Below are positions 27,533 to 36,040 of a stretch of DNA of 64,000 nucleotides, in pieces. This DNA comes from a virus. The first letter of the stretch is position 1. Each line of letters starts with the position of its first letter. The notes below the pieces were generated by a model. That model did no database searches. It was not told the DNA's origin and was given only the letters and a program-made list of their open reading frames with translations. Both the position numbers and the translations under genes were made by a program. The stretch spans positions 1 to 64,000 of the IMG/VR virus record IMGVR_UViG_3300025508_000006; one strand, 5' to 3'.

Positions 27533-28188
27533 AATCATATGTCATTACACTAAAGGACTTACCCAAGTCAGTTGAAGTAGCAAAGCGCATGATAGCATCA
27601 GCACCTGAGTATGATGTTCAGATGTTCGACGCGATTACGCCTAAAGATGATCCTTATAAACTATTTGATAAGCATCAGTTACCTCTTAACTTTTTCAAAG
27701 AAGAAGGTTCACACAGAGCGAATTGCATGTCTGCTTTTTTATCACACTTCACATTGTGGCAGATGTGTGTGCGTGATAACGTCGAGTATCAAATCTTTGA
27801 GCATGATGCAGTTGCTGTCCAACCCATACCAAGATTTATAAACTATACTGGTTGTATCAATTTAGGTGCACCTAGTTATGGCAAGCAAGTTCAATGTGCG
27901 CAGTTGGGTGTTAATCCTCTAACTACTAAGACATACTTTCCTGGTGCTCATGCTTATCGTATTAAACCAGAGGGAGCAAAGGCGTTCATTTCTCTTGCTA
28001 TGGAGTATGCAAGACCGACTGATATCTTTATTCATATTGAGTTGTTTCCTTGGTTACAGGAATACTATCCACATCCTGTTGTAGCAAGAGATACGTTCAC
28101 AACTATTCAGAAAGAAGGTGGTTGTGTAGCAAAGCATAGTTACAACGTTAACCCAAACAATTATGAGATAATTGCTAATGTCAATTAA
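27529..28188 (+). CDS. GT25-like glycosyltransferase
   Basis: Likely start ATG 27529 (MKSYVITL); FLSHFTLW, IFEHDA, GAHAYRIKP.GA. Confidence 0.78.
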   Translation: MKSYVITLKDLPKSVEVAKRMIASAPEYDVQMFDAITPKDDPYKLFDKHQLPLNFFKEEGSHRANCMSAFLSHFTLWQMCVRDNVEYQIFEHDAVAVQPIPRFINYTGCINLGAPSYGKQVQCAQLGVNPLTTKTYFPGAHAYRIKPEGAKAFISLAMEYARPTDIFIHIELFPWLQEYYPHPVVARDTFTTIQKEGGCVAKHSYNVNPNNYEIIANVN

Positions 28189-28831
28189 TAGATGTTTTAT
28201 AACGGGTTGCGATTCTAATACAGAATGGATGCTTCCTTGGTTTGCGAAACACTATGCGAAACATAACAAGACTCCTATTGTCTTTATGGACTTTGGTGTA
28301 TCACATGAAGTACGTGCGTGGGTTCAGAATGCGAGTATATTCTCGGACTACATTGCAATGGAGAAACAAAAGGTTGGTGGTTGGTTCTATAAACCACAAG
28401 CACTGCTTGCATCACCCGGAGACGAGACTTGCTGGATCGACACTGACATTCATGTGTTGGGCGATCTATCGGGCATCTGGGATCATGTCGAAGATAATAA
28501 ACTAGGCATGGTAGAAGACAAACCTTGGAGCGCACGAAGAGGTGAAGTATGGCACAACTCTGGGGTTGTTGCAATGAAAGGAAAACCTGCTATACTTCGT
28601 AAGTGGGCAGATGAATGTCGAAAGAACCCTAAAGTAGGAGATCAAGAAGTACTCCATGCAATGATGCTCACTCCTATCTCACGTATGACACACATCAATA
28701 GTGTGCCTAATATATACAACTGGTTACGTATACAATTGCTTGATGGTCAAGACAATCCTAACAAACTTGCTATGCACTGGACAGGTGCAAAGGGCAAAGA
28801 ACAAATTAAGAAGATAATGTATAATGAGTAA
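28178..28831 (+). CDS. GT-A fold nucleotide-diphospho-sugar transferase
   Basis: ITGCD, KP.AL, WIDTD, NSGV, GDQEVL, HWTG. Confidence 0.75.
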   Translation: MSINRCFITGCDSNTEWMLPWFAKHYAKHNKTPIVFMDFGVSHEVRAWVQNASIFSDYIAMEKQKVGGWFYKPQALLASPGDETCWIDTDIHVLGDLSGIWDHVEDNKLGMVEDKPWSARRGEVWHNSGVVAMKGKPAILRKWADECRKNPKVGDQEVLHAMMLTPISRMTHINSVPNIYNWLRIQLLDGQDNPNKLAMHWTGAKGKEQIKKIMYNE

Positions 28832-29579
28832 AGTATTTCATATTATTGGTAACGGTGATCAGGCGAAGCACTATCTGAAAGAACCACGAAAGGGAACAAA
28901 ACTTCTCTGTAATATGCCTCCGTTCGAGGTACCTAAAGAAGATGTTTTCGGAACGTGTATGGTCGACTTTAAGATGATGATGGCATTGACCGAAGGTTCA
29001 GTTAAACTCGATCAGTACATGTGGATTCTCGGTCAACGTCCTCGCGCATGGATGTATGAACGACACGCATTCTATCTAAAGTATGCTCCTAACATCAAAG
29101 AGTTCTATACTGATGTTCCCGCATATGCTGGTAATGCAACTAACTTTAACTGCGGTCACATGGCAGTTCATTATGCGGCAGCACGACACAAAGCAGATGA
29201 GATTCATATGTATGGGTTCGATACGCTGTTCGACTTCAATATGCGTAGTGTGACGGATCTCGTGTTGTCTAGTGATAGAACCCAAGTCAACAATTATAGA
29301 CTATTGAACAACTGGCGCCCTGTTTGGCGTGACATTATGCGCGAGTTTCCTGACACTAAGTTCGTATTGCACCACAACCACGATCAACTGAAGATACCTA
29401 AACTGCCTAATGTTGAAGTGGTAGTATATCCAGACGCATTGACCGGTCCACAAAAGAAGGAAGATGAGAGTGATATTAGTGATGGTCGTGGAATGGATCA
29501 GCAGGTTGTTGTCCCACAGACAAGAGCAGAGCGACGACGATTAGAAAAGGAATTGAAAAAGAATAAGAAACTGTCTTGA
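28824..29579 (+). CDS. putative sialyltransferase/Maf-like (GT29/DUF115-type) protein
   Basis: HIIGNG...LCN, GHMAV, EIHMYGFD. Confidence 0.5.
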   Translation: MSKVFHIIGNGDQAKHYLKEPRKGTKLLCNMPPFEVPKEDVFGTCMVDFKMMMALTEGSVKLDQYMWILGQRPRAWMYERHAFYLKYAPNIKEFYTDVPAYAGNATNFNCGHMAVHYAAARHKADEIHMYGFDTLFDFNMRSVTDLVLSSDRTQVNNYRLLNNWRPVWRDIMREFPDTKFVLHHNHDQLKIPKLPNVEVVVYPDALTGPQKKEDESDISDGRGMDQQVVVPQTRAERRRLEKELKKNKKLS

Positions 29580-29604
29580 TATGCGCAAATAGTCTAAAAA
29601 GGTG

Positions 29605-29633
29605 TTGCATTGGTTGGATACCTGTGATATAAT
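29605..29633 (+). promoter_or_regulatory. sigma70-type promoter
   Basis: TTGCAT-17-TATAAT, intergenic. Confidence 0.75.
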
Positions 29634-29665
29634 ACTACCTGTATTCAATTGAAGAGACTTATATT

Positions 29666-30349
29666 ATGTTCGAACACCTTAATTATGACCTGGGTTACGC
29701 TGACTTAGAATCAGAAACCCTTGAAACTGGTCGTCATTATCAAACGCCTGATGGCAAAAAGTATCCTTCTATCACAACCTGTCTGTCTATTCTATCTGAG
29801 AAAGGCATCGCCGCTTGGCGCAAACGTGTTGGTGATGTAGAAGCAGACAAGATATCTTTCCGCGCGTCTACACGCGGTACTGCTGTTCACGAAATCATCG
29901 AAGATTACATCAACAATGTGCCTGACTATACTAAGAAGTATATGCCTAACATCGTCGCTAACTTTCTTGACGTTAAAGAAATCCTAGATACTCGTATAGG
30001 TAAAGTCTATGCACAAGAAGTTCCTTTGTACTCACATCATCTAGGTGTTGCGGGTCGTGTGGATTGTGTTGCTGAGTTTGATGGCAAGTTATCAATCATC
30101 GATTTCAAGACTGCTAAGAAAGCAAAACTTCGTAAGTATGTCGAAGCGTATTTTATGCAAGAGTCATTCTATGCTATAGCATGGGAAGAGATCACTCAAT
30201 TACCTATTACACAACTAGTTACCATTATTGCAGTTGACAACGATGAACCACAAGTGTTTATCGAACACCGTGATAATTGGTCTGGACCATTACAGGACAC
30301 AATCAAGAAATATAAGGATCGCAAAAATGCCGAACAATACAGTTTCTGA
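29666..30349 (+). CDS. PD-(D/E)XK exonuclease (Cas4/RecB-like)
   Basis: YPSITT, RGTAVH, GRVDC, IDFKT, Q...Y. Confidence 0.88.
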   Translation: MFEHLNYDLGYADLESETLETGRHYQTPDGKKYPSITTCLSILSEKGIAAWRKRVGDVEADKISFRASTRGTAVHEIIEDYINNVPDYTKKYMPNIVANFLDVKEILDTRIGKVYAQEVPLYSHHLGVAGRVDCVAEFDGKLSIIDFKTAKKAKLRKYVEAYFMQESFYAIAWEEITQLPITQLVTIIAVDNDEPQVFIEHRDNWSGPLQDTIKKYKDRKNAEQYSF

Positions 30350-30665
30350 ATCAGCAGAGTATGAGAACTTTGTTGGTGAAAGAGTAGAAGTAGATACGGA
30401 TGCACCAGCATCACTCGCAGAGTTTATCGGTATGGAAGATAAAACTGTAGAGTGGAAGAAAGAATGGGTTGGTATGCCCGAGTATAAACAGGAAGATAAT
30501 CCTACTTACAAGACTATCTCTATGCACTTTAGAAATAAAGAAGATTATGAAGAGTTTGCTAAACTGATTGGACAACCATTAACTAAGAAGACTAAGAGCA
30601 CTTGGTTCCCACGTTTAGATAGAACCGCTAATAGTTTAATGAGATGGGTACAAGATGACGCCTAA
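30327..30665 (+). CDS. small protein upstream of the TAGT-like glycosyltransferase
   Basis: Likely start ATG 30327; EWVGMPEY.QED..HF....Y..FA..IGQ.LT.KTKS.WFP. Confidence 0.7.
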   Translation: MPNNTVSESAEYENFVGERVEVDTDAPASLAEFIGMEDKTVEWKKEWVGMPEYKQEDNPTYKTISMHFRNKEDYEEFAKLIGQPLTKKTKSTWFPRLDRTANSLMRWVQDDA

Positions 30666-31596
30666 GTATCCTGTATACATTATATCGAAAGGGCGACAAG
30701 ACTCTATGGTGACTTCACAGTCGCTTGCAAGAATGAAAGTTTCTCACTATATCAGTATTGAACCTCAAGACTGGGACGCTTATGATAAAGCATTAGATAC
30801 TTTTGGTATTAGAGATTACGTCACTCTTTTATTGTTGCCCTTTAGCAATCACGGTGATGGTCCTGGACGTGCTAGAAACTGGTGTTGGGATCATTCTATT
30901 ACACTTGGCGCTAAACGCCATTGGGTTCTTGATGACAATATTGCTGATTTCTATCGCCTTCATAATAATAAGCGCATTCGTGTAGAGAGTGGTGCATTCT
31001 TTGCTCCTATGGAAGACTTCGTTGATCGCTACACTAATGTTATGATAGCAGGACCTCAGTATCGTTTCTTCTGCGCACCTAATCAAGCATACCCCGCATT
31101 CGTAAAGAACACTAGAATCTATTCTTGCCTCTTAATTGACAATGAATGTAAGCATAGATGGCGTGGTCGCTACAATGAAGACACCGACATTTGTTTGCGT
31201 GTTCTCAAAGACGGCGACTGTACTATTCAGTTCAATGCATTTCTTCAGGGTAAGATGGCAACACAGACGCTCAAGGGTGGTAACACAGAAGAGTTCTATC
31301 ATAAAGAGTTGGGCATTGATGAGAATGGTGTTGCTATTCAAGCAGATGAAACGCTAGATGTAAAGGAAAGATATAACGTAGAGGGTACAATCGCTAAGTC
31401 GCAGATGCTTGTTGATATGCATCCTGACGTAGCAACGATGGTATGGAGATATGGTAGATGGCATCACCATGTAAACTACGATTCGTTCAAGAAGAATCCA
31501 CTAGATAAAGATCCTACTGTTGTGATACAGAAAGGTGTTAATAACTACGGTATGAAATTAATTAATAATTATGGTGTAAACACGAATGGATATTAG
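30655..31596 (+). CDS. TET/JBP-associated (TAGT/GREB1-like) glycosyltransferase
   Basis: YPVYIISKGR, ARNW, WVLDDNI, YSCLL, RYNEDTD, GGNT. Confidence 0.72.
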   Translation: MTPKYPVYIISKGRQDSMVTSQSLARMKVSHYISIEPQDWDAYDKALDTFGIRDYVTLLLLPFSNHGDGPGRARNWCWDHSITLGAKRHWVLDDNIADFYRLHNNKRIRVESGAFFAPMEDFVDRYTNVMIAGPQYRFFCAPNQAYPAFVKNTRIYSCLLIDNECKHRWRGRYNEDTDICLRVLKDGDCTIQFNAFLQGKMATQTLKGGNTEEFYHKELGIDENGVAIQADETLDVKERYNVEGTIAKSQMLVDMHPDVATMVWRYGRWHHHVNYDSFKKNPLDKDPTVVIQKGVNNYGMKLINNYGVNTNGY

Positions 31597-32137
31597 AGTA
31601 GCAACAATTGCCTTACATAATGTAGTAGAGTCGACACCCTTTGCTATCCGAATGATTAATGGTACTTTGTCTAAGAAGGACTACGTTCGCTATCTCAATG
31701 CCCAGTATGTAATCTTCAATGCTATGGAGCAGTACGGTGAATATATACTGCCTCATGCATCATTGCCTAGAAAGCAAGCAATCATTGACGACCTTGCTAG
31801 TTTAGGTGAGGAAGCAGATGGTTATAATATGCCTAAGTCTTCTTTCAACTATGCAGATTATATTCTTGGAGCATATGAAGTTGAGAAAACACTCCGCAAT
31901 TCACACATCTACTTGAACTACATGGGTATGATGTTCGGCGGTGGTATCGTAGCAAAGAATGGTTATTCTGATGGTAACTTATATAAGTTCGAAGGTGGTC
32001 GATCAGAAATCATTGCGGCGATTCGTGGACTAGAGTTGGATGTTGATGAAGTCAATCAAGGGTTTCGTTATCACATAGAGATATTCAAAGAGTTAGAAAA
32101 GATGGGTAAAGATGATAGGATGGGTAAAGATGATTAG
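31586..32137 (+). CDS. heme oxygenase (HemO/Ho1-like)
   Basis: T..LH..VE, Y..YL, R..AI..DL, HIYL.YMG.MFGG. Confidence 0.82.
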   Translation: MDIRVATIALHNVVESTPFAIRMINGTLSKKDYVRYLNAQYVIFNAMEQYGEYILPHASLPRKQAIIDDLASLGEEADGYNMPKSSFNYADYILGAYEVEKTLRNSHIYLNYMGMMFGGGIVAKNGYSDGNLYKFEGGRSEIIAAIRGLELDVDEVNQGFRYHIEIFKELEKMGKDDRMGKDD

Positions 32138-32768
32138 TTTAGAAGATCGTCTAACCGAACTAACTGGTGAAATGCAAGAAATCATTGAAGCATCTGCTGG
32201 TGTTAAAGCATTAGAGACAGAGGAGTTTGGATGGGAGAACTATCGATACGAATCACCTAAGTTTAGACTAGCACACATAGAGCGATACTATGTTGATGGA
32301 CTGGTTGTTGCTCATGTTGTTGTGATACCACGTGAGACTATCGGTGCACCTATCTTTGGATTCGATGTTGTCGGTAGTGCTAAGACAGGTAGAATTACTG
32401 GTGCATTCGTTGATTGGTCACCCATAATGTGGGAAGGCAAGTGGCACAACACAGAGTGGAACAATGATCGAAAACTACCAGTCTGGGCAGAATGTTTTAG
32501 TAACCAGTTTGTTGCTATCAGACCAGACGAAGATGAGACAGATAAACTATTTGAGTTTGCTATAGATACTTTCACCGAGTATATGATGATGCTCCAAGAA
32601 TGTAAAGGCAGTAATAGTAAAGGTTGGGTAGATACAATCAAGATAGCACAGAATAAGTACTGTACACACCAAGCATCAAACCCACGCACACGTGCCGCAT
32701 TGAATAAGAAGATCGGCAAAGAACGTGCAGAGTATTTCATGACTGAGATACTTTTCCCCAAGATTTAG
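32130..32768 (+). CDS. ferredoxin-dependent bilin reductase (PcyX/PcyA-like)
   Basis: FRLAHIE, H..IP...PIFGFDVVG, DWSP, R.LP.W..CFS, Q..YC..Q..NPRT; follows heme oxygenase. Confidence 0.82.
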   Translation: MISLEDRLTELTGEMQEIIEASAGVKALETEEFGWENYRYESPKFRLAHIERYYVDGLVVAHVVVIPRETIGAPIFGFDVVGSAKTGRITGAFVDWSPIMWEGKWHNTEWNNDRKLPVWAECFSNQFVAIRPDEDETDKLFEFAIDTFTEYMMMLQECKGSNSKGWVDTIKIAQNKYCTHQASNPRTRAALNKKIGKERAEYFMTEILFPKI

Positions 32769-32810
32769 TCCCACTACCTTGGGACCGACCTGAGTATGTC
32801 ACGAAACTGC

Positions 32811-32839
32811 TTGACTTCTACACATTTATTTGTTATAAT
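32811..32839 (+). promoter_or_regulatory. sigma70-type promoter for thyX
   Basis: TTGACT-17-TATAAT with extended -10 TG. Confidence 0.8.
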
Positions 32840-32932
32840 GGACTCATGAAGTATACTTCTTTTCGTAAATTGGTAACGATTCCAAAGTGAGAAGATTACT
32901 TCTAATATAGATAATTACTATTTGGAATTAAT

Positions 32933-33601
32933 ATGGAACAAAATAAAGTAAGTTTGATTGCCCTGAGTTCGCCTAGTGCATACTCTGATTGTAATACCGC
33001 AGAGCAACTGGTAGCATATGCGGCACGAGTTAGTAATCCTGCTAATCAGAATAATACCAAGACTGCTGGTAAGTTAGTTCGATATCTGATTAAAGAGAAT
33101 CATTGGTCGCCTCTTGAGATGGTTCATATGACTATGGAGATTGTGACGACTCGTGATATTAGTCGCCAGATTCTACGTCATCGCTCATTCTCATTTCAAG
33201 AATTCTCTCAGAGATATGCAGTGAGTGAGAATCTTGACGTGGTGCGCGAGACACGAATACAGGATGAGAAGAATCGCCAGAACTCTATTGTGACGGATGA
33301 CAAACATATTACGAGTGAATGGGGTCTCGCACAATCAAGAGTACGTAACTTCGTTAAGAAGGAATATACTGCCGCTCTTGATATGGGTATTGCGAAAGAA
33401 CAGGCACGTGCATTGTTGCCCGAGGGTTTAACAGAGACGACATTGTACATGGCAGGTAGTCTGCGTTCATGGATTCACTATTGCGATTTACGCATGGCGA
33501 ATGGTACGCAAAAAGAGCATATGGACGTAGCAGAAAAATGTTGGGAAATAATTAAGCAACACTTCCCTGATGTAGTTAAAGCGGTCGAGGAGACTGAATG
33601 A
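32933..33601 (+). CDS. thyX: flavin-dependent thymidylate synthase
   Basis: ARVS, HWSPLE, QILRHRSFSFQEFSQRY, EQARALLP, TQKEH. Confidence 0.96.
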   Translation: MEQNKVSLIALSSPSAYSDCNTAEQLVAYAARVSNPANQNNTKTAGKLVRYLIKENHWSPLEMVHMTMEIVTTRDISRQILRHRSFSFQEFSQRYAVSENLDVVRETRIQDEKNRQNSIVTDDKHITSEWGLAQSRVRNFVKKEYTAALDMGIAKEQARALLPEGLTETTLYMAGSLRSWIHYCDLRMANGTQKEHMDVAEKCWEIIKQHFPDVVKAVEETE

Positions 33602-33879
33602 TGAGTGATTTTAAAAAAGGTGATGTAGTAAGTGTAGTAACTCTCTCAGGAGAGTATATGGGTAAGTACAATCAGAATCATGCGGATGGTGGTCTTACAC
33701 TAGATGATCCTCGTATGCTGATTGCTGGTGATGATGGTATTGGTTTTGCTCGTGGTATTTGTATGACAGGTGTTGAGAATGTCAATACTGTTCGTTTCAA
33801 AGATTACGTTTATTTTACACCAACCAACGCTGAGTTTGAGAAAGCATACCGTACAGCAGTAAGCGGCATCATTCTGTGA
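33598..33879 (+). CDS. hypothetical protein (small beta-barrel/Sm-like)
   Basis: GDVVSV..LSGEYMG...Y...VSGIIL; GAGGAG SD. Confidence 0.65.
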   Translation: MMSDFKKGDVVSVVTLSGEYMGKYNQNHADGGLTLDDPRMLIAGDDGIGFARGICMTGVENVNTVRFKDYVYFTPTNAEFEKAYRTAVSGIIL

Positions 33880-34022
33880 ATTCGAAGAAAGCAAAGTTGT
33901 TTCGTAAAGTAGGAAAGGTTGACAAACGGTCAAAGTCCTTGTATAATAGTCTCACTAGCAAAGAAAAAGAATTGTTAGGCGAGATTTATAAAGTGGCGAA
34001 ACAACAAAAGTCGGAGAAATAA
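33876..34022 (+). CDS. 48-aa basic protein (not in ORF track)
   Basis: GTGA overlap; NSKKAKLFRK... Confidence 0.55.
   Translation: MNSKKAKLFRKVGKVDKRSKSLYNSLTSKEKELLGEIYKVAKQQKSEK
33919..33947 (+). promoter_or_regulatory. sigma70-type promoter
   Basis: TTGACA-17-TATAAT. Confidence 0.8.
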
Positions 34023-34023
34023 C

Positions 34024-34575
34024 ATTAATATATTCTATTTACATCAAGATCCTGTAATATGTGCTGAACAGCACAACGACAAGCACGTGGTAAAGATGTG
34101 TGTAGAGTATGCACAACTGTTATCGACTGCGCAAAGATGCATTGATGGCGAGTTCTGGACTGGAAGAACAACTAACGGTCGTAAGATTGCTAGATACTTT
34201 CACCCAGACTCTGCCATGAATCATACGCTATACAAAGCAACACACATCAATCATCCATCTTCTATCTGGTGCAGAAAGTCTGTACAGAATTATCAGTGGT
34301 TGTATGATATGTGGATTGCATTATGTTTTGAGTTTGAGAAACGATACGGCAAGAAGCATATGTCGTTTGTTAAGTTAGAGTACTATCTCTTAATGCCTCC
34401 TGCGCTAATACCTACAGATGGGTTTACACAACCTACTCCTGCTATGGGTTCACATCCGCACTGCATCGTAGAAGGTGATTCGTTAACATCTTATCGCAAC
34501 TACTATAGAGAAGCGAAGCGTGATTTTGCAGTGTGGTCAAAGAGAGATATCCCGCATTGGTGGAGAGAGCAATAA
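34024..34575 (+). CDS. pyrimidine-dimer DNA glycosylase (DenV/PDG family), probable ATT start
   Basis: (I/M)NIFYLHQDP..CA.QH.DKHVVKM..EYAQLLSTA, THINHP..W, Y..YY. Confidence 0.8.
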   Translation: MNIFYLHQDPVICAEQHNDKHVVKMCVEYAQLLSTAQRCIDGEFWTGRTTNGRKIARYFHPDSAMNHTLYKATHINHPSSIWCRKSVQNYQWLYDMWIALCFEFEKRYGKKHMSFVKLEYYLLMPPALIPTDGFTQPTPAMGSHPHCIVEGDSLTSYRNYYREAKRDFAVWSKRDIPHWWREQ

Positions 34576-35330
34576 TGGCAAAGAGAATTAAGAAAGCAAA
34601 GTTCACCCCTAAACCCAAGAAGACTCTTGTGCCTGCACCTAACTGGGAGAAACTTGAGAAGGCGAATACAGAAGAGAAGCGCATGGCAGCGTGGACTGAA
34701 TGTGAACAGTTTGTTCATGCTGAAGTGACCGATAAAGAATATCTTCACTCTATGAAGAAGTGGGTGCGTAGTACTGACTGGAATATGGCAGAGCAAAGTT
34801 CTTTATTGCCTGACACGTTCATGTTACCATTTGCTAAACATGGTTGGAAAGCAATTCGATTAGGGTTTATGCCCGAGACTGTTGAGCGTTCATTAAAGAA
34901 GAATCTTCTACCCTTACTTGAGAAAGCACAAACTCTGAAGGATAGAGTTGCAAGTGATCCGGCAGTTCATCCAACAGTACTTGAGAAAGATGAAGATCAT
35001 GCAGTATACTACCCTAAAGTAAAGGAATGGATAGTAGAAACAAAAGCGTTTCTGAAAGCGAGTAAGAACTATCAAGAGTCACCGGATTCTTCATTACGTA
35101 CTCAGTATCGCACTATGGAAACTTATCTTTACAATCTTAATGCATATGTCAAAACAGGTGTTTGGTTAGATTCACACTATGGTGAAAAACGTGAGTACAG
35201 ACAAATCTCTGCATGTATTGCTCCTGCATATGATGCAGACGGAATGCAAAAACGAACTATTGGAATATATTACGCAGACGTTGGTGGTATATGGACTAAA
35301 GAACTAATGAGTAATTATAACGATGATTAA
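34575..35330 (+). CDS. hypothetical protein
   Basis: Likely start ATG 34575 after GGAG; C-terminal Y...GVWLD.HYG. Confidence 0.7.
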   Translation: MAKRIKKAKFTPKPKKTLVPAPNWEKLEKANTEEKRMAAWTECEQFVHAEVTDKEYLHSMKKWVRSTDWNMAEQSSLLPDTFMLPFAKHGWKAIRLGFMPETVERSLKKNLLPLLEKAQTLKDRVASDPAVHPTVLEKDEDHAVYYPKVKEWIVETKAFLKASKNYQESPDSSLRTQYRTMETYLYNLNAYVKTGVWLDSHYGEKREYRQISACIAPAYDADGMQKRTIGIYYADVGGIWTKELMSNYNDD

Positions 35331-35559
35331 ACTTGAAGGCAGTATGATGATGACAAAAAGTCGTTTCACTAATATGGTTGAAGATTGGGTACGTGAGAAG
35401 AGACAACCCTATATGGATGCTGTAGTAGCGATTTGTGAGAACAATAATATGGATGTAGAAGATTGTAAGAAGTTTATCTCGCCCGTCATCAAGAACAAAA
35501 TTGAGGCAGAAGCAATGTCTCTAAACTTCCTACCTAGGCAGAATACTCTGCCTTTATGA
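35323..35559 (+). CDS. gp33: late-transcription coactivator gp33
   Basis: F..MVE...YMDAV..IC......E...KFIS..IK.KIEAEA..LNFLP. Confidence 0.88.
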   Translation: MIKLEGSMMMTKSRFTNMVEDWVREKRQPYMDAVVAICENNNMDVEDCKKFISPVIKNKIEAEAMSLNFLPRQNTLPL

Positions 35560-35927
35560 GCGATGATAGTACAATAGCAACGTCGAACGCGCTCCTGCCG
35601 TATGGTACTTCGTCCAGTGCACCTGCTATTGTACTACCTGACACTGATCTGTTTAGATCAGAACGTGGATCATTAACACGAAACTATTTTGAGAATGCAG
35701 TTGATCTAATTAATCGTGAGTATGAAGCGATAAAAAGACTTGCAATGTTGAATGAATTAGTGTATAATGCATCTTATAACTTCGTACCAAGAGTCGGTCA
35801 AATGTATCATCTATATCGAAAGAAAGATGATTCGTATATGTTGAGCATGATTGAGAATTGGACGAAGTACGAGTTTGTAGTATCAATTGAATATACTGCT
35901 GACTCAGTTTGGAAAGAAAAAGGTTGA
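35556..35927 (+). CDS. DUF2452-like hypothetical protein
   Basis: LLPYGT..SAPAI, VYNA.YNF.P.VG..YHLY, DSVW. Confidence 0.65.
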   Translation: MSDDSTIATSNALLPYGTSSSAPAIVLPDTDLFRSERGSLTRNYFENAVDLINREYEAIKRLAMLNELVYNASYNFVPRVGQMYHLYRKKDDSYMLSMIENWTKYEFVVSIEYTADSVWKEKG

Positions 35928-35952
35928 CTTCTGTAAGTTATTATGTTACTAT
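35924..35952 (+). promoter_or_regulatory. sigma70-type promoter for gp32
   Basis: TTGACT-17-TACTAT. Confidence 0.65.
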
Positions 35953-36040
35953 ATACTAGTTACATTATGAGAAACAAAGTGGACACAAAAAGCAACACAT
36001 ACTAGAAACTATACTCTGTAAATATAAAAGGTAAATATAT

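Noticed and set aside
29666-30349. Cas4 as evidence of a CRISPR system
   Set aside because: Stand-alone PD-(D/E)XK exonuclease without Fe-S cysteines, array or other cas genes.
35953-36040. T4-type gene 32 autoregulatory pseudoknot
   Set aside because: The leader is A/T-rich and unstructured, compatible with gp32 autorepression, but I could not identify pseudoknot stems.
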